DNA of 45,933 bases, filler included, from Catajapyx aquilonaris (GCA_000934665.2; 2 parts of 2 records of this genome joined end to end with filler, not necessarily neighbours in it), one strand, 5' to 3'; positions 23,035 to 38,189 are shown, numbered from the whole stretch's first letter. Program-made: numbers and translations. Notes: generated by a model from the sequence alone, not told the origin.

Positions 23035-24185
23035 GCCACGCACACATTTCTGTTGTCACTAGCTAGGACATGTTAAATGTTACACAGATGCACGGACATG
23101 CACTCTGAATGAACCCAACCTTGAAGCATTTCAGGAGCAAATGACCAGCCAGAGGTATTGAATGAAAGATAGAGTTGTGGAGATGTTTTTCTGAATGAAC
23201 AATAGTCCCATTCAGGTGCAGATAAGTTTGTTGACTAATGGGTTAATTTTAGCCTAGTTCAGTGCTCTCCATATATTTATTTCGTGCATTAATCATCCTG
23301 CTGGGGCATGTGTGTTACACGTCAGGCAAGCCTTTACATTTACTATTTGAAGGTTAAATTGAGCATTCTCAATGGTGATGTCACATGCCGAAAGATCTGG
23401 TCTCCCTGACCATGTCCACTTAGGCTTGTAAGTTTCTGCACTAGTCTTCAAAGGTTTAAAATGTAACATGATAAAATGTCAGCTACTTTGACATGTAAAC
23501 AAGCACAAAAAAATTTTGGTGAATATTTCAACTCAAAAAAACCTTGAGGTTCTCCCCATCAAAATTTTAATGTAGGTATAATATTTGTTTCATACTTGTG
23601 TCAAAGTGCATGAGAGCAGAGATGGGAAATATGATGCTCCCCCCCCCCCCCCTTCCCATGCCAAAGGCCAAGACCATGACNACCATGACCTTGAATAAAT
23701 AATTAAAATTTTTAATCACCTGCTCAGTTGCCAGATTCACTGTTAGCTACTCCCCCTATTTTGTCTTCTGGAGTAAGCTTGCAGGTGCCAATTGTCATAA
23801 TGTCAGTGCAAGTGTAATCACTAACAGTAAAACCAATTCAGGACATTGCCAAAATTCAGTATGATATTTTATTGAAAATTAAGTTTAATTGTGTTCACAA
23901 AGTTACCTGAGCATAAGAAAGTTTCGTAGATACTCTGGCAGGTAACTTGTATTACACCTTCGTTCCTTGCTATGATTAGCCCTGTCGTGAAAGAAATCAT
24001 TTGTGACTGTGCAGTTGTAATTTCCTGACAGTAATTAAGTAATTACACTATTTACACCTTGATCAATGAAGAGAGAGTGAATAATTATAAATAGGTTTCC
24101 AGACACAAATATCTTACACCCTGTAATTTTGATTTTGAATAACTGGGGATGGTGAATCTGATTGCTTTTCCTTTTGGTGTGACAG

Positions 24186-27100
24186 GCGAGGCAAAGAATC
24201 TACCTCCGAGAGGCGGCCATGTCTCAGTGGGCCTCCGAGACACATACTGCGCCTTGTCCCTGGACAGGGAAGAGATATTCCGGACCAGCACAGTGGAACG
24301 CAGCCTCAGCCCTTTCTTTGGGGAGGAATTCCGCTTTGAGGTTCCCCGGACCTTCCGCTTCCTCTCCCTATACGTGTACGACAGTGACAGGCCCATGAAG
24401 CAGGACAAGGTCATTGGGAAGGTAGCAGTGAAGCGAGAAGACCTACATCAATATGATGGGAAGGACCATTGGTTCCCACTCATGCCTGTTGATGCTGACA
24501 GCGAAGTGCAGGTCAGTTCAAGTACCGCAGCTGTCATGTTCATCGTGGCAGGTGCAAGGCCATAGCACAATTTATTATTTTCATAAATACGGAGTGAAAG
24601 ATTACCTCGTCAGAATATAATTGTGAATCATGCGTTTCTAAAATTATTTAACTTATTCAAATTGAGTTTGGGAATTTCCAGGGTAAAGCCCATATAGAGC
24701 TGAAGATGGAGACTTACTTAAAGAGCAGCAGCGATGGCAGTCCTCACAGCAGGGTCATTGTCAGGTGAGGTTGTCAAGTCCACATATCATTCTGAGCAGG
24801 TAACTTATGCGCTATTGTTTGCAGGGTGATTGACTGCAGTGATCTGACTGTTGTGAATGGTGCTTGTGACCCTTTCGCCACAGTGTCACTCTGGTATTCT
24901 ACAACCAAACAGGAATGCAAGAGGACGAAAGTGAGGAAAAAGACTACTTCCCCGAGATTCGACGAGGTCTTCACATTTGAGGTAAACTGTTGCTGTTTCT
25001 GATTCAATGAACCGATTAACTGACCAGTGCTTTTTGTGTTGCCAGCTTCCCAGCAAAGGCCAGAACCACGACCGAGAGAATCTCTACCGCATACAAGGGT
25101 CCAAGTTAGGGCTGCTGGAAGTTAGGGTTGCACTTTGGCATGACTCACCTGGGATGTTTGGGAATGTCTTTCTTGGCGAAGTTAGGATTCCTTTCAAAGG
25201 GATGGATCTTAGCAGAGGACACAATGCATGGTATTATTGCTTTGAAGTTTGTTTTGTTAACCTTACTGTACAATTAGTCATCAATTTTACTTGATAGAAA
25301 TGTAACCAAATGGTATGAAGATTGCTCTATATAAATTATAACTTTAATTGATGCATTGTGAGGATTCAGCCTAAAATGTCATAATTTATTACGTTATCCG
25401 CATTTGTTTTTCTATGTTCTAGGTACTTTCTCCAGCCTAGAGAAGGTGTTAAATTAACCCGCCCAGACTTAGGTTCCTTGCGCTTAAAGATTCATTACAC
25501 TTCGGACCATGTGTTTTGTAGTCAAGTGTATGATGCCTTGCGAAAATTGATGCTTCATAGTATATCTGTGGAGGTAAGTAATGCAGCCGTACTTGAATGA
25601 TGGAATGAGTGTACCCACTACCAAGCGTGTTTCCTTTCAGCCCATAACCTCAAGTGCAGCTTACATATTGTGGGAGATTGTATCCAACAAATGCGATGCA
25701 GTGCCACCTCTTGCCAAGATATTCTTATACCACAAGCAGATTGTGCCACTTATCAAGGCATTGGCTAAATGGGAAATCTCAAAAGTCACGTAAGTCAACA
25801 AAGCGCAAGTGTATTTCTTGGGGATGGACAGCTAACATTCCTGTTTTACTTGCAGGGATACAAACACGATCTTCCGGGGAAATACTCTTGCGTCCAAGAT
25901 GATGGATGAGTTTATGAAGCTGGTGGGGCTGCACTATTTACGCAGTACCCTGAAGCCTGTCCTTGAGCAGATCATTCGTGAGAAGAAGCCATGTGAGGTG
26001 GACCCCTCCAGGCTTAAGGACAGGGCCAGCTTAGAAGCCAACTCAGCCAACCTGGCAGACTACCTGGAGAGAACCCTCTCTGCCATTACAAACTCAGCCC
26101 TCAACTGCCCACGACTCATGTGCCAAACGTTCCATGCCCTCAAGGAGCTTGCTTCCATTTACTTCCCTGATGCCAGGGAAGTTAGGTACTCGGTCATATC
26201 GGGGTTCATCTTCCTCAGGTTTTTTGCCCCTGCCATACTTGGTCCAAAGCTGTTCGACATCACAACAGAGCAAATTGTGAGTTGGTTTTGGTATTTTTTT
26301 TTTAAATGTCGTTATAGCTGGGAACGGGTGCATGTTCCATTTTTTTGGCAAACGACTTGTAACTAACCCTAACCTAAACTGCAATGTTTGGAATGCTTCA
26401 AGCACTGCAGTGATTGCACAACCCTTGCTGTTACTGTTCATGAATGTGTAGACAAAATGATTGTCGTTTTAAAGATATGTAGAATTCTCTTAATGGGTTT
26501 ACCTGCCACAGTTTCATTCATTTTTAGTCAAATGATGTTTTTACGTTCATAGGATTCTCAAACTCACCGAACTTTGACTTTAATATCCAAAACTATCCAA
26601 AGTCTGGGGAATTTGGTGAGCTCTCGAATGCCACATCACATATGTAAAGAAGAGTATATGGGAAGCGTGCATGCTGATTTCTTCACACCAGAGAGGATGC
26701 AAGCTGTCAGAGATGTGAGTCACTTTTGGTTTAGCTGCATGCAATACATGTTTATACCCTTTTTTTTGTACTCTTGCAGTTCTTGGAAATCATTTCATCT
26801 ACCTCTACGCCTGGTCATGAAATTCATGACACACCTGTTCTTCTGAAGGAGGGGTAAGTTTAATTATGTCTGGATGCATATTGTAAGATGTGATGTTGAC
26901 AATTTCTCTTACGCATATCTTTGGGATTTCAAGCAGTAAGTGTAAACATTGGGCAAAGTTTCAGTGAAATGTCAATTAATGTACGTAATTTTTTCCAAGG
27001 ATGATGATCAAACGAGCACAAGGAAGGAAAAGATTTGGGATCAAGAATTTCAAGAGGCGCTACTTCCGCCTCACCACTCAAGATCTAAGTTACAGCAAGA

Positions 27101-28180
27101 GCAAAGGTAAGTGCCATTGTTCTTTTAGGATGAACATTTATTCATGAGCATCATTTTGTGAAAACTTGCTTTGCAGGAGATCTGTGCCTCTGTAGGATTC
27201 CGTTAGACCAGATTCTGGCTGTGGAAAGGGTTCAAGAAGACTCTTTCAAGATGCACAATATGTTCCAAGTAGTACAACCTCAGAGGACCCTATATATTCA
27301 GGTAATGATGATTCAACCTTCCTTTAATAGTGCATCATTAGCCCATCATTTATTTCCTATCTTTACCCGGAATGTCTTACATGTGTAATGCACTGTGGTA
27401 TGTCATTGGTTAATTTATGCCTCCACAGGCAAACAACTGTGTGGAAGGAAAAGAATGGATGGACATCCTTACAAAGATATGTGAAGCCAATTTTAATCGC
27501 TTGAGGCAATACCATCCAGGAGCTTATCTAAATGGACATTGGTTGTGGTGAGTAGTGTCACAACTTCTGAAGCCTTCAGTACATTGCCATTACTTAAAAA
27601 CCACTTGCTCCTCAGCTGCAAAGCAGCGTACGAGAGCGCACCCGGTTGTTGTGAAGTGTCAGCGAAAGTTGACTCCAACCTGACCCTCCACATAGACAGT
27701 GACAGAGAGATTGAGCGAATACATTCCCTGTTCTGGAAGCACATGCCGCAGCTACAAGTTCTCATAGGTAATTGAAGCAACTAACTGGAAGTGTGTTTTG
27801 TTGATGCATGTTGTTACCCGTCCCATTGTTTTCCAGACAAGTGCGAATGCCAGGCAGTGTACATGGGAGAGCAAGTAAACTGTGGTCCATCCAGCTTCAT
27901 TGAGGACACCCAGTCCTGCTTTAAAACACTCACTGCCATTCAAAGCAGCGTAGCCAACCTTGAGAAAGAGCACAGGAGTCACATGAGGAGCATAGCTCGG
28001 GAGACTCAGTATGGGAGCAAGTGAGTAGCAAGTGTACTGAGAAACAGTCGCCAATACTAAACCTACACTTCTCTCTTTAGGCAAGCACCAATAGGTGACG
28101 ACAACTACCTCTTGTTGGCCGCCAGAGCTGGAAAGTATGATGGGAGGAAAACGTTTCTGAATTCCAGCAACAGCAACTGA
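24186..28180 (+). CDS. RASA3: GAP1-family Ras GTPase-activating protein (C2-C2-RasGAP-PH-BTK); ~15 exons visible, first coding exon missing
   Basis: C2[31 protein letters not shown]2[18 protein letters not shown]; Ras[20 protein letters not shown] and [43 protein letters not shown] motif [15 protein letters not shown]-terminal [16 protein letters not shown] at 28178-28180. Confidence 0.93.
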
Positions 28181-30224
28181 CGGCAAGACATGTTGTCTGA
28201 GCTGGTTTTAATTGCAGGACCAAAGAGGTAGTTTTCTGAAGTTTTCTGAATGGTCATCTGGCTTTCATGCAGTCGTGGCTATAAGTGGGACCAGTTAAGT
28301 GGCATTCCTCGGTCCGGTTTGTTTTCTTAGGTTTGTGAGAGTTTAGTTGAAAACTGTAATGTTGCAAAGCTATGGAAAGAGATCAGTTCATCAAGGTCAC
28401 CTTTCATGTAGGCAAGCAGATTTTTCTGTTTATATCCTGTAGCTAGAAGGTTACAAAGTTGGCTTACTCATTTTTTAATCTTTTAGTTTTACTTCTTAAG
28501 GTAGTTGTGACTGAATCCAAGTCTTCCCAGTGACGTTGCAATTCTGTGACCTTATCCAAGTATTACGGTGAAGTTGACATGATAATGCAAGTTACATCAA
28601 AACGTGCACTTCAGATTTTGTGTTCACAACTATGGTAACGTGTATAAAAAAGAGGAGCAGGGTGTTGCTCCTGATTGGAAGGTAATTCCTGTTAGTGCTT
28701 AACAGTGCAGGCCGAGTTAAATGATGCTGTGGGAGAGGCACTTTAAAAATATATGCCCAAAGAAATATTGAAGTGGTTATTATCTTAAGAGTCACTCAAA
28801 AATGATGGCAAAACGTGGGTTTGCAGATTGGCAAGTTGTCTGCCGCTAGAAAGGCTTCTGAGTGCATCTAAGATTGAGGTCGTAGTGAACGTATGGTGCT
28901 GACCCTCCTTTTGTAAGTTTATTGTTGGAAGTTTTAACTTGGTTTTTCTTTTGATCTGTTGTCTTCCAATCCAACCTCTCATGTTTCCTCAAAGGAATAA
29001 TGTATTTTTTTAGCATTGGTAGTGTCTGTAAATTGGTAATTTCTCCTACTTGTAATTTTTTTTTCTCGGTTTTCTCAAGGCCTTTTCAAAGGTTAACAAT
29101 TAAGTTTAATTCAACAATTTAACTCCTGTTAACAAATTAAAATTTTGTTATGATCGATAGGAAGTGAAACTATGTTGTACTGTTCAAAGAAGAAGGGTCT
29201 GCTGGGTTTCCTGTGTTACATGCACATTCCTCTTGTGCAGTCAAACAGCAGCAGGTGTTATTCAGGTTAACAATTTTTAAGTTTAGGTTACTGGTTATTA
29301 AAATCAAATTTGTGGCTATACTCAACTTTTTTTAACAGATGTTGCATTTGAACACATTCAAGTACCAAGTGATATTTAACTTTTCGTTCAAAAATCACAA
29401 GATTTTGGTAAAGTGCCATAGTCTTTTTGCATACTATTCGTAATCAGTTAAAATTTTGTTTTCTGCTGGGCGGTAACTAAAAAAAAAAGTATGGTGGTAA
29501 ATTTGATCATCTGTTGTGTTATTAAAATGCCTTGAGATGAAAGCCCTAGCTGCCATTTTCTAGGGTGACGTGAACACATTTGAAAATGTTTTCCTATTGT
29601 GAATCAAACTGTCCCAAATGAATCCCAGCTTGACAGGTTTTGGCTCACTTGTTTTGTAAACAAATTTTTTGTAAGATGTCGCATCAAGAATTTCATAATA
29701 AAAGATATTAGCATCCTAAAAAAATTAAAAGCCGTTTCATTTGAATCTGCAAGCTGAAAAAGTATACTACTAATCAAGACCAGCAGAAAATGTTGGAGTA
29801 CAGTTGGGTAAGTTGGGGTAAGTGCGTAAATGTGGCAAGTACGGGATTGCTTCTAATATATAGCACAAGGTGGCAGGAGCTATCGAAAGTCACATAAACA
29901 TTCACAGCGATCTTTTCCCACTTCTAAAAGTAGCATGATCTTTCATCACATTGATAAAAAATTGCTGCCAAGCTCAAGCTGGTGTTTTACCCTTTCCGGC
30001 GAGTATGTAGACTATCTTTTGCAGATGAGTGAAGCTGTAAGGGAATTGCAATGTGAGACCAAGGTGCAGCACCTGACCTGCACCTTGCTAAAACAAAGCC
30101 AAACTCTGAAATGATTTGTTCAATAACTATAAGGCAGTTCAATCATTTCAATTGAGGCTGCATTCCAAACAATCCTTCAGGCATATTAGCCATCAAGCAG
30201 ATTGGCTCTAGATGCTGTGCAATG

Positions 30225-31513
30225 TGAGGGTGGTTCCATAATTGATCTACCTGAGTATGAATGAGTAGAGATGCATGCCTGAACTTGCGCAGACAGCTGC
30301 ATACACGTCTTGGGGTGATTCATATCAAATCACAGCTCAGTGGGTTGTTTTAGCTGTGAGGGGCAGGATGTCAGGTGAGAGTACTTCCTTCTCAGCGAAA
30401 AAAGTGTAGGATTTTGACCATCGCTCTGTGATCAAGTTCTCACAAAAGAGCAGAAGACACCTACGGAGAGCCACGTAAGATTGTGGTAGCAGTCTATGGT
30501 GATGGTGCATCTTCACCCTACAAGGTCAAGTTTTGGAGTAAGTAGTTGAAATGGGTCCAGGAGTCCATTGAAGATGACCCCCACACAGGCCAGCCCAAGG
30601 GCCAGCTGGTGAGTGCATCCTCTGAGGAAATGTGCAGAAAAGTGGAGGACCTGATTATGATGGACTGTCGAGGGAAGATTACCGGAATTTCCCCCATGAG
30701 TTTGGCATTGCAGCAAACACCGAATTTGGAGAATCATCCATGAACATTGGGGATGTCCTAAGTCAGTTCTCGGTGGGTGCCAAGAATGCTCATGCCAATG
30801 CAAAAAGCATGCCGCCACGAGTGCAGTAAGGAAAATGTGAAGCTCCTTGGAGATGTTCATGGGTTTTTCTCTGGACTAGTGACAGGTGATGAAACATGGG
30901 TCCATCACTATGACCCTGAGTCCAAGCAGTAGAAGCACAAGGGTTCTGCCACCCTGAAGAAGTTTTGGGTGCAGCGCGTGGCAAGGAAGATCCTGGCGAT
31001 GCCCAGTGTTCTGGGACAAGGAGGGACTACTGCTCCTGGAATTCCTGCCATACAAGACTACCAAGACTGGCAAGACCTATGCTGCAACTATGTGGTCTCT
31101 ACGACAGGAAATTAAGGAGAAACTTTGCAGAAAGCTGTCATCAGGCATCCTGCTTCTCCAAGACATTCACAATCATGTTGCACAAATCACAAGCCACAAT
31201 TGCAGAATGTAGCTTCCAACAACTGAATCATGCACCTTACAGCCCAGACCTGGCCCCAGTGACTTCTTCCTGTTTCGTCACCTCAAGAAATTCCTCCATG
31301 GCCAGTGGTTTCCTAGCAATGAAGAACTCCAGGCAGCTGTGACAGGGTGCATTTTTTCAAGGCAAAACATTTTTTTCTGATGGGTTAAGGGCACTTGAAG
31401 AAAACTGGAAGAAGTGTGTGGAGGTCAACAAGGGTCACATTGAAAAGTGATCAGCAAGATTTCAGGTAATGCATTTTCATACTCATCTCAGGTAGATAAA
31501 TTATTATCGAACC
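30225..31513 (+). mobile_element. Near full-length but degenerate mariner element
   Basis: Frameshifted transposase: HRSVIKF..ESIEDDPHTGQP..LVTGDETWVHHYDPESK..VFWDKEGLLL..HAPYSPDLAPSDFFLF..WKKCVEV. Decayed TIRs (tctacctgag / ctcaggtaga); ~1.3 kb long. Confidence 0.9.
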
Positions 31514-31880
31514 GTAGGAGTGTCTCTGCAGACTGCCAATATTCAATTCAATTAAATACAATAATTTTGCTCTCCGTAATTAAACCTCAAATTCATAAAT
31601 TAGTGTTGTGGTCTTAGAAGAGGCCCTACCTGAAGTGATTTTAAGGGTTACTTACTCCCCTGTAAAGCACAAGTCCAGGTACCTGAGGTGACAATTGTGT
31701 GAAACACCATCTTCACCAATATAATGCATTCATTTTGTAGGCATACTTGCAATTTAAGCATCAACCTACTTATCACCATTAATTAAAACGAAGTAAATGA
31801 ACAACCTCTGCACACCAGATCTTGCATGTTTCTGATGCCAATGTGCTCTAAAAAGCTGCAGAGTGGTACACTTGCATGAA

Positions 31881-32898
31881 CAGTGAAACCTGCCCATTAC
31901 GAACCATGGGTATAGCGGAAACCTATCCATCCATAGAAATTTTTCTGGGAATGGGCGTATGCATAGGGCATGCAATGTGTTTTTTGACAAATATTACAGA
32001 ACCTGCCCAATGCGGAAACAGAAGGGATATTTGTCTCCCTTCGGAGAAAATCTATTTTCTTAACGGAAATCAAAAGGTTCACATTATCTCCAGCAAGTAA
32101 CAAAAATAGAAACTACAGCCGCGTTCACTCTCGGCCCTCCCAGGAGGCCTCTTGAGCAACCCTTTCTGGACCATCCGACACCTTACTCATTCCTGCATCT
32201 CATAATTGCTGGAAGTGCTACTGGCCCATTGCCTTGAAGATAAAAGGTGAGGAAAGGGGACTATTTTTGGTCAGAAAATGGAGACGCTTGCAGGAGGGCC
32301 ACGAAGATTGTGACTCGTGATTCGTAGATGCTCTGCCTTCAAGTTTAGTTCACTGTTCAGTCAAGTTTAAAAATTTCGGGGAAGAGGAAGGGGTTGATAC
32401 ATGCTCAACGTATTGCCCATGTCTGGGCCCATAGTCCAATACAGCAGGCAAAATTAATAGCCCAAAAACTTGGTGGGTCAATATTTAGTGCTTCAAATGT
32501 GTGGCTGGAAAGTTTCTGCAACAAGCACAGAATTTCTGGAAAACAGTGTTGTGATGCAAGTGTCATGAATCTCGAAGTAGAAAATTGGAAGGTGGGAAGC
32601 ATTTGTTCGGAGTATTCCAAGGATATTTTCAACTGCAACGAAAGTGGTTTTTTCAGATGTACTGTACGCCAGGCAAAACAGACTATTCCACAAAAAGTCT
32701 ACTTTATGGTCTGATTTTGCACCATATTCAGGTAAGGTGGTTATTTTTGCTCTCCCATTTCCCACTCTTTCTCATCTGCAAAAAATAACAGTAACGTCCT
32801 TGATCTGAATATTATATAGTGGAAACCTTGGTGGAAACCTATCCACTATGGGAAATTTTTGGGGTCCTGTGCGATTCCGCAATACACAGGTTTCACTG
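31881..32898 (+). mobile_element. pogo/Tigger relic with a CENP-B-like transposase fragment
   Basis: TIRs cagtgaaacctg / caggtttcactg|TA. Internal peptide AKLIAQKLG..FSASNVWLESFCNKHRI..DIFNCNESGFF matches the Tigger HTH and first catalytic motif. Confidence 0.8.
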
Positions 32899-33355
32899 TA
32901 ATAATAATTTAAGCTAGGAAAAGTAGGGAATGGTAGAAGTGAAAGGCAAGAATGTTGTTCTTTGACAATAAAATGTTATTTCTTCCAAATCTCTCAACCT
33001 GGAGCTGCACACAGGAATCTAAACTTTAAAAAAAAACTTCAAAAGAATCCATTTTTTTCCACTTGTCAGCTTCCATTCTTTCCGTAATACCAAATTCTAC
33101 AGATAAAAATGTTGAAATGCATATTTACATCAGGATGTATGCAAGTGTTACACACATCACTACAAACTGATACTTTTTGTATTTTGGGTGGGAAAGAAAA
33201 AAAAAATCTGATTTTTTTTTGCACCTTGGAGGACTTGGCCCTATAGGAAGATTCCTAAAAAAGGTTGCGTGCTTTGAAGGTGGAGAAGTATTTCGTTAGC
33301 TCCTGCTCGTCCTTCTCTTCAGGTGTCACCAAGATATAAAAACAAAAGTAGCACA

Positions 33356-36209
33356 TCAGAGTTTCCTCAAGTCCAACACAAACACCTGCAAATTAGAAAT
33401 TTTAATTAGAGTGCGGAAAATTTGATTACTGAACACCTTTCCCACGTATCTGAATCAACTGGACTACCACACTGACAACTAGTACACATTTTCCATTAGT
33501 TTTTACAGCATAATTGCAAAAGTGGGAACTAATACTACCACATGTAGGATTTCTGATTGTTTCTCTTCTTGCAAAATGCAAACTGCCCGAAGCTAACTAT
33601 TTATTTCCTATGTAACTTTATTTTCTCTAGCAAGCTCCTTTGCCAAGATATTTTGCCATGGTCCAGTCATTCAAGCACGTTGGCAACATTATCCCTTTCT
33701 TCAGGTACTTACACTTCCATCTGAAGCACTTGCACCAACTTTGTCTCCACGGGAGTTCCAACACACTTCAAAAATACCACCAGTTCCTTTGTAGCTATGC
33801 ACCAGTTGTCCACTCTAGAAATTTCAACATGGTTAGTCACAATGCCTTTCCATTTAGTTTGAATTTTCTACCTGTGTGGACCAAATGTGAACGCATTTGT
33901 CGAAACTTCCAGACGCAAGGAATTTGCCATCGGGAGAAAAAGCCACGCTGTAAACAGGCTCTGTGTGCTTGGTAAGAGTGTGAATGCAAGCACCTCGTTC
34001 GACATCCCATAAGCGGACAGTTGAATCAAATGATGCACTGGAATATTGACAGAAAATGTAAAATATCTTGAGGGAAGTATGGCTCAGCAATACTGATAGG
34101 GGAACATGTTTTACCTGGCTAGAATCAAATTCATGTTCGAATTCTGAGTCCCTGGACCAGTTGGACTCCACTTGATGGTGTATATTTCCTTGCTGTGAGC
34201 CTGCAGGTCATGTACGCAGGTGTCTTGTTTCATGGACCAGATCTTCAGGGTCATGTCATCTGAACAGGAAGCAAGCAGATTCCCTTGAGGGTCCCACTTG
34301 ATGGCATTCACTTCATTCTGAAACATTTCAAGAGGAGTTTCAATTGATGTAAGTTGCAAAAATTCGCAGGTTAATTACCGTGTGCCCTTGGAAGGATTTC
34401 ATAGGCTTCTCAGTCCCAAGCTTGCATACATGGATGCACTGATCAGTACTGCATGAAGCAAAACTGGTGTTAGTCTGCCAGTCTACATCCAGTGCCGGAG
34501 CCGAGTGGAAGGCAAACTGCTGGGTGCATTGGCCTGAAGCAGCATCCCAAATGATGGTGGTCTTATCCACGCCTGCACTCAGTATGTAATTTCCTCTCTT
34601 GTTCCACTTGAGAGCAAAAATGGGACCTTTGTGCTGGCCTAATGTACTGGCCAGGCGGCCCTCGGTTGTCCAAATCCGGGCATATCCGTCATACGAACCA
34701 GTTGCTAGCAACGACCCATCGCACTGAAACAATAATGATATCAAAACTGCAACACTTACTCCCAAGTCATAAAACATACATTCCAGTCCAGTGATGTGAC
34801 ATCTTTGTTGCTTGGCACTTCGGTCCCACCCTTTTGGATACAATGTCGAAGGACCAGCTGGTTTGGAGGGGCGGAGTTGTCATTGATATTCCATATCCTA
34901 GCAGTACTATCGCCAGATCCAGAGGCAAGGAGATCAGTGGTTGGGTTCCAAGCACAGATGAATACTTCAGATTCATGGCCTCTGAGGACAGTGGCTTTGC
35001 TTGGGGGTATCTCAATGCTTCCGTCCACCTCCATGTTCTCGTTTGTGTTCGATGATGCTAAGATTATATTCGAATGAGGATTTGCCCTGAATTGAACCCA
35101 ACCAAGTGACATACCTTCTTCGCCATTTGTATCCTGTGGTTCTGTCTTGACAATCTGCGGCTTCTGCTGGTTTTGCTGCTGTCGACTTGCAACCACGTCT
35201 GGCATCACAGCATCAATCAAGGATAGGCTTTCGATCATGCGTTCTGATCCATCCTAAAAAATGTTTAAAAGCTCATTTAGTTTGCTCGTCCTGGAACTGC
35301 AGCTTCTTCTAAAACACTACCTCTCCAATACTGATTTCAGCTTCAGTGTACTGTAGTCCCTTCTGGATGATGCTGAGAAGAGCTGCCGGTGGCACCAATG
35401 CTCCATTTATATTAGACTGGGAGATATGGGATTCTATACCGAAAGTATAGGCAGAGTGCTGAAAACCTGAAGAAAAATACAAACGGTCAACAAAAGAGTT
35501 TATCTATTACAATTTTTGTAATTCAGGGTGGTGCCCTGTCCAAGTCCACAACACAAGAAAGGCCTAGCACAAAAAAATATTCTGACATTGCAAAAAATTT
35601 CATAATTGACAGAACATTCTGGTGTTGTGAAATTGCAAGAAAAAGCATGAAATTGTGGTGTGTGACAACTAATTTCCCCACTCAGTTTACATGTGACTGA
35701 CATTTGCAACGTTTTCCTGGGCCTCACACGGAATCCCTTCCTGCTCGCAATAGATTCAATTGAATATTAAAATGATTCCACTATAAATGCGTAAGGGACT
35801 GCATAATAATACGGTTCCGAGTAATGCCAAATTTGACTTTCAAATCATGTTGTGGACCAATCCACTTACGTAAGACTGTCAAGCGAGATTCAAGCAAACA
35901 TTGTCAACAGCTTCTACTGTATTTTCTGTCATGCAACACAGCCTTTGTAATTGCAATACAAATGGTTAAATATTGCTTCGGACTTGCACCCGTGATTACA
36001 CTGTACATCGGATTTTATCTCATATCCATAATGCAACTCCCATATTGGAGTTAACTTAGCATCATCATGTGCATCAAGTTGTCAACTGGTCTGCATCTTT
36101 CATGAACACACAAGGCTACACTTGGCTGTCACCCGCAACCGATCCACAAACCTGACTCCTGCAGGTACCGGTACACCAGGAAGTTGACCTCGTCGCTTGA
36201 GAAGCTCAT
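33356..36209 (-). CDS. ebi: F-box-like/WD40 corepressor TBL1X/TBL1XR1 orthologue (Ebi), complete, 9 coding exons
   Basis: ATG at 36209: [32 protein letters not shown] (LisH), [27 protein letters not shown], further WD40 repeats ([37 protein letters not shown]), ending VFVLDLRKL* (TGA 33358-33356). Confidence 0.97.
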
Positions 36210-36499
36210 GGCTGACCCTGCCTCTCTCCAGGGCTGCTACACAACCTGGAAACCGGACGAAAGGAACTGTCTTTAGCACCACAACAACAATCCTTTCCTC
36301 ACCTCCTCACCTCAGAAGACCAGTGGCACCAAAGTGTCTCCGTCTGTGGCAGGCGCATATGAAAACGCAGTGTCCTAAAATCACTCCCGCGACCACGCCG
36401 AGTCCATCATCGCCTTTGGATCATCAGTGCTCCCGTATATTTTTTTCCCCCCCTGTCCCGAGTCCTAGACACACGGTAGAGAGGTTCAGTGTTTTGCCC

Positions 36500-37300
36500 C
36501 CCCTCCTCCTCTCCCGACACTTCTTCCCGCAGTTCCCTCCGGGATAGGGATGGGCAACCGATCACGTCGCGTCTAGTCTAGTCGCAGCTACATCACACAC
36601 ACCTCACAGTGCATCACCGCACTGGACATGACCTCATTACATATGAAACCATCTAATTATTTCAATTACATTATGACACTTGTTCATAATTGGCTGGATA
36701 TGTCGTCGCTTTTGAAATACAATGAATGGTAAGCGCTATTGTCGCTGTTATTTGCAATCGCGTTTTTGTGCGTCCGTGACCAGGAAAATGCGACCACTGT
36801 GATTTCCAAAACGCCCGCTGCAAGTCGCTGCTACTTTCGCGGCGTCCTTTGGCCGGCGGGGTCTTTAATTGACCCGAAACCCGCCTTCTCGTCTACTCCA
36901 AATGGCCACCCAGCACCCAGCACTTTATGTCCGAACCGGAATGACCCGTACCGCATATTCGGCGACCCTAAATGACCTTAAAATCACTCAAAACCTGGGT
37001 GTGTACTGTGCTGCCCCTTGGCGTCCAACTGCCACCCAAGGAAACACACTCTTATATGCTAATCGTAGCTTTAATAAGGTCGCGTCGCCGGAAGTGGGAG
37101 TGGTAATTACTCATTAGAACCACCAATTAATTAACCACCAGTTGGTGTTGGCATGTCGTCTAAAATCGGTTTGCGAATAAAACTGGGTGTTTGGTCCACA
37201 AGCGTCGTTTCGTGTGGTAGAGAGGCGGGGCAAATAACCTTTAACAAAGGAAGGCCGGTTCCGGTGGCCATTTTGTATTCGGAGCTTGGGGGTTCGGGAG
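36500..37300. promoter_or_regulatory. CpG-rich bidirectional promoter between ebi and the RGG gene
   Basis: Lies between divergently oriented genes and is locally CpG-rich. ETS-like CCGGAAGT at 37088-37095 and YY1/Pho-like GCCATTTT at 37267-37274. A putative ATG-less first exon ends at the donor CAG|gtgagg (37450/37451). Confidence 0.6.
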
Positions 37301-37946
37301 GGAAGAGGAGAAGAGACAAGCTGCGGAGGCCGGCTTCGGATTGAACTGGTGCTTCTCAAACCCCCTGGCCCGTCTTTGCTGGTGGAAGGATCTGGTGACG
37401 GGCGAATAGGCAGGGCTGATTGCAGGGTGATTGGCGAGGAAGGAGCTCAGGTGAGGCGGGGTTGGTATTGCGTCGTTAGGAGGGGGCTTGTTATCTGGTT
37501 GATGTTGTTCCGTGCGCCGTTTGTTGGAGGTAAACTGTGGAGTCATGGCTGATGGGTTGACTTTTTCTACTGAAAGTGTGTCGTTTTAATCAGGAGCGTT
37601 ATTTCTGAACAGGTTGAGTAGACCTTGACCTGCTCAAGGACATTGTATTTGAAGCTGCTTACTTCATGTTGCTCATCTTTGTGACATGCGCTGTATACTA
37701 ATGCGAACTGAGTAGGTGCATTGTTATGTGTTATCCAAAGTAGAATCACTCTAAGGATAGCGATTAGGGCAGGGACGATTGTCATTTTTGCCCCTCATTT
37801 CGTGCCTTGGCAACCTTTACAGATACACTTATGCAACCTTGCCTTACCCCACCAACTATAATTATGGTACATTCTTTGCATATGATAAAAATATAGTGAG
37901 GTGGTGGGTGAACGATGCTGAACGAGACTTTTCAGCGCTATCTTTA

Positions 37947-38189
37947 CAGGGTGTTCCGAGCTTATTAGTCAATATTAGACCATTTAGTTATAGGAAATTT
38001 TGCTTGAAGCTGTTATTTTTGTGTAGCTTGCTGCATATCCCTAACCAGGTGCCATATTCTGTAGAAACTTCTATTTTTAAGTACCTGGAAATAATGGAGG
38101 GCCTGGTCCAGGCCACAGCTACACAAAAATAACTATTTTGGCCAATATTAGTGATAACCGAAAACGGCCAATGAACTTGGAACACCCTG
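37947..38189. mobile_element. Tc1/mariner-type MITE, TA TSD
   Basis: TA|cagggtgttcc ... ggaacaccctg|TA. Confidence 0.8.
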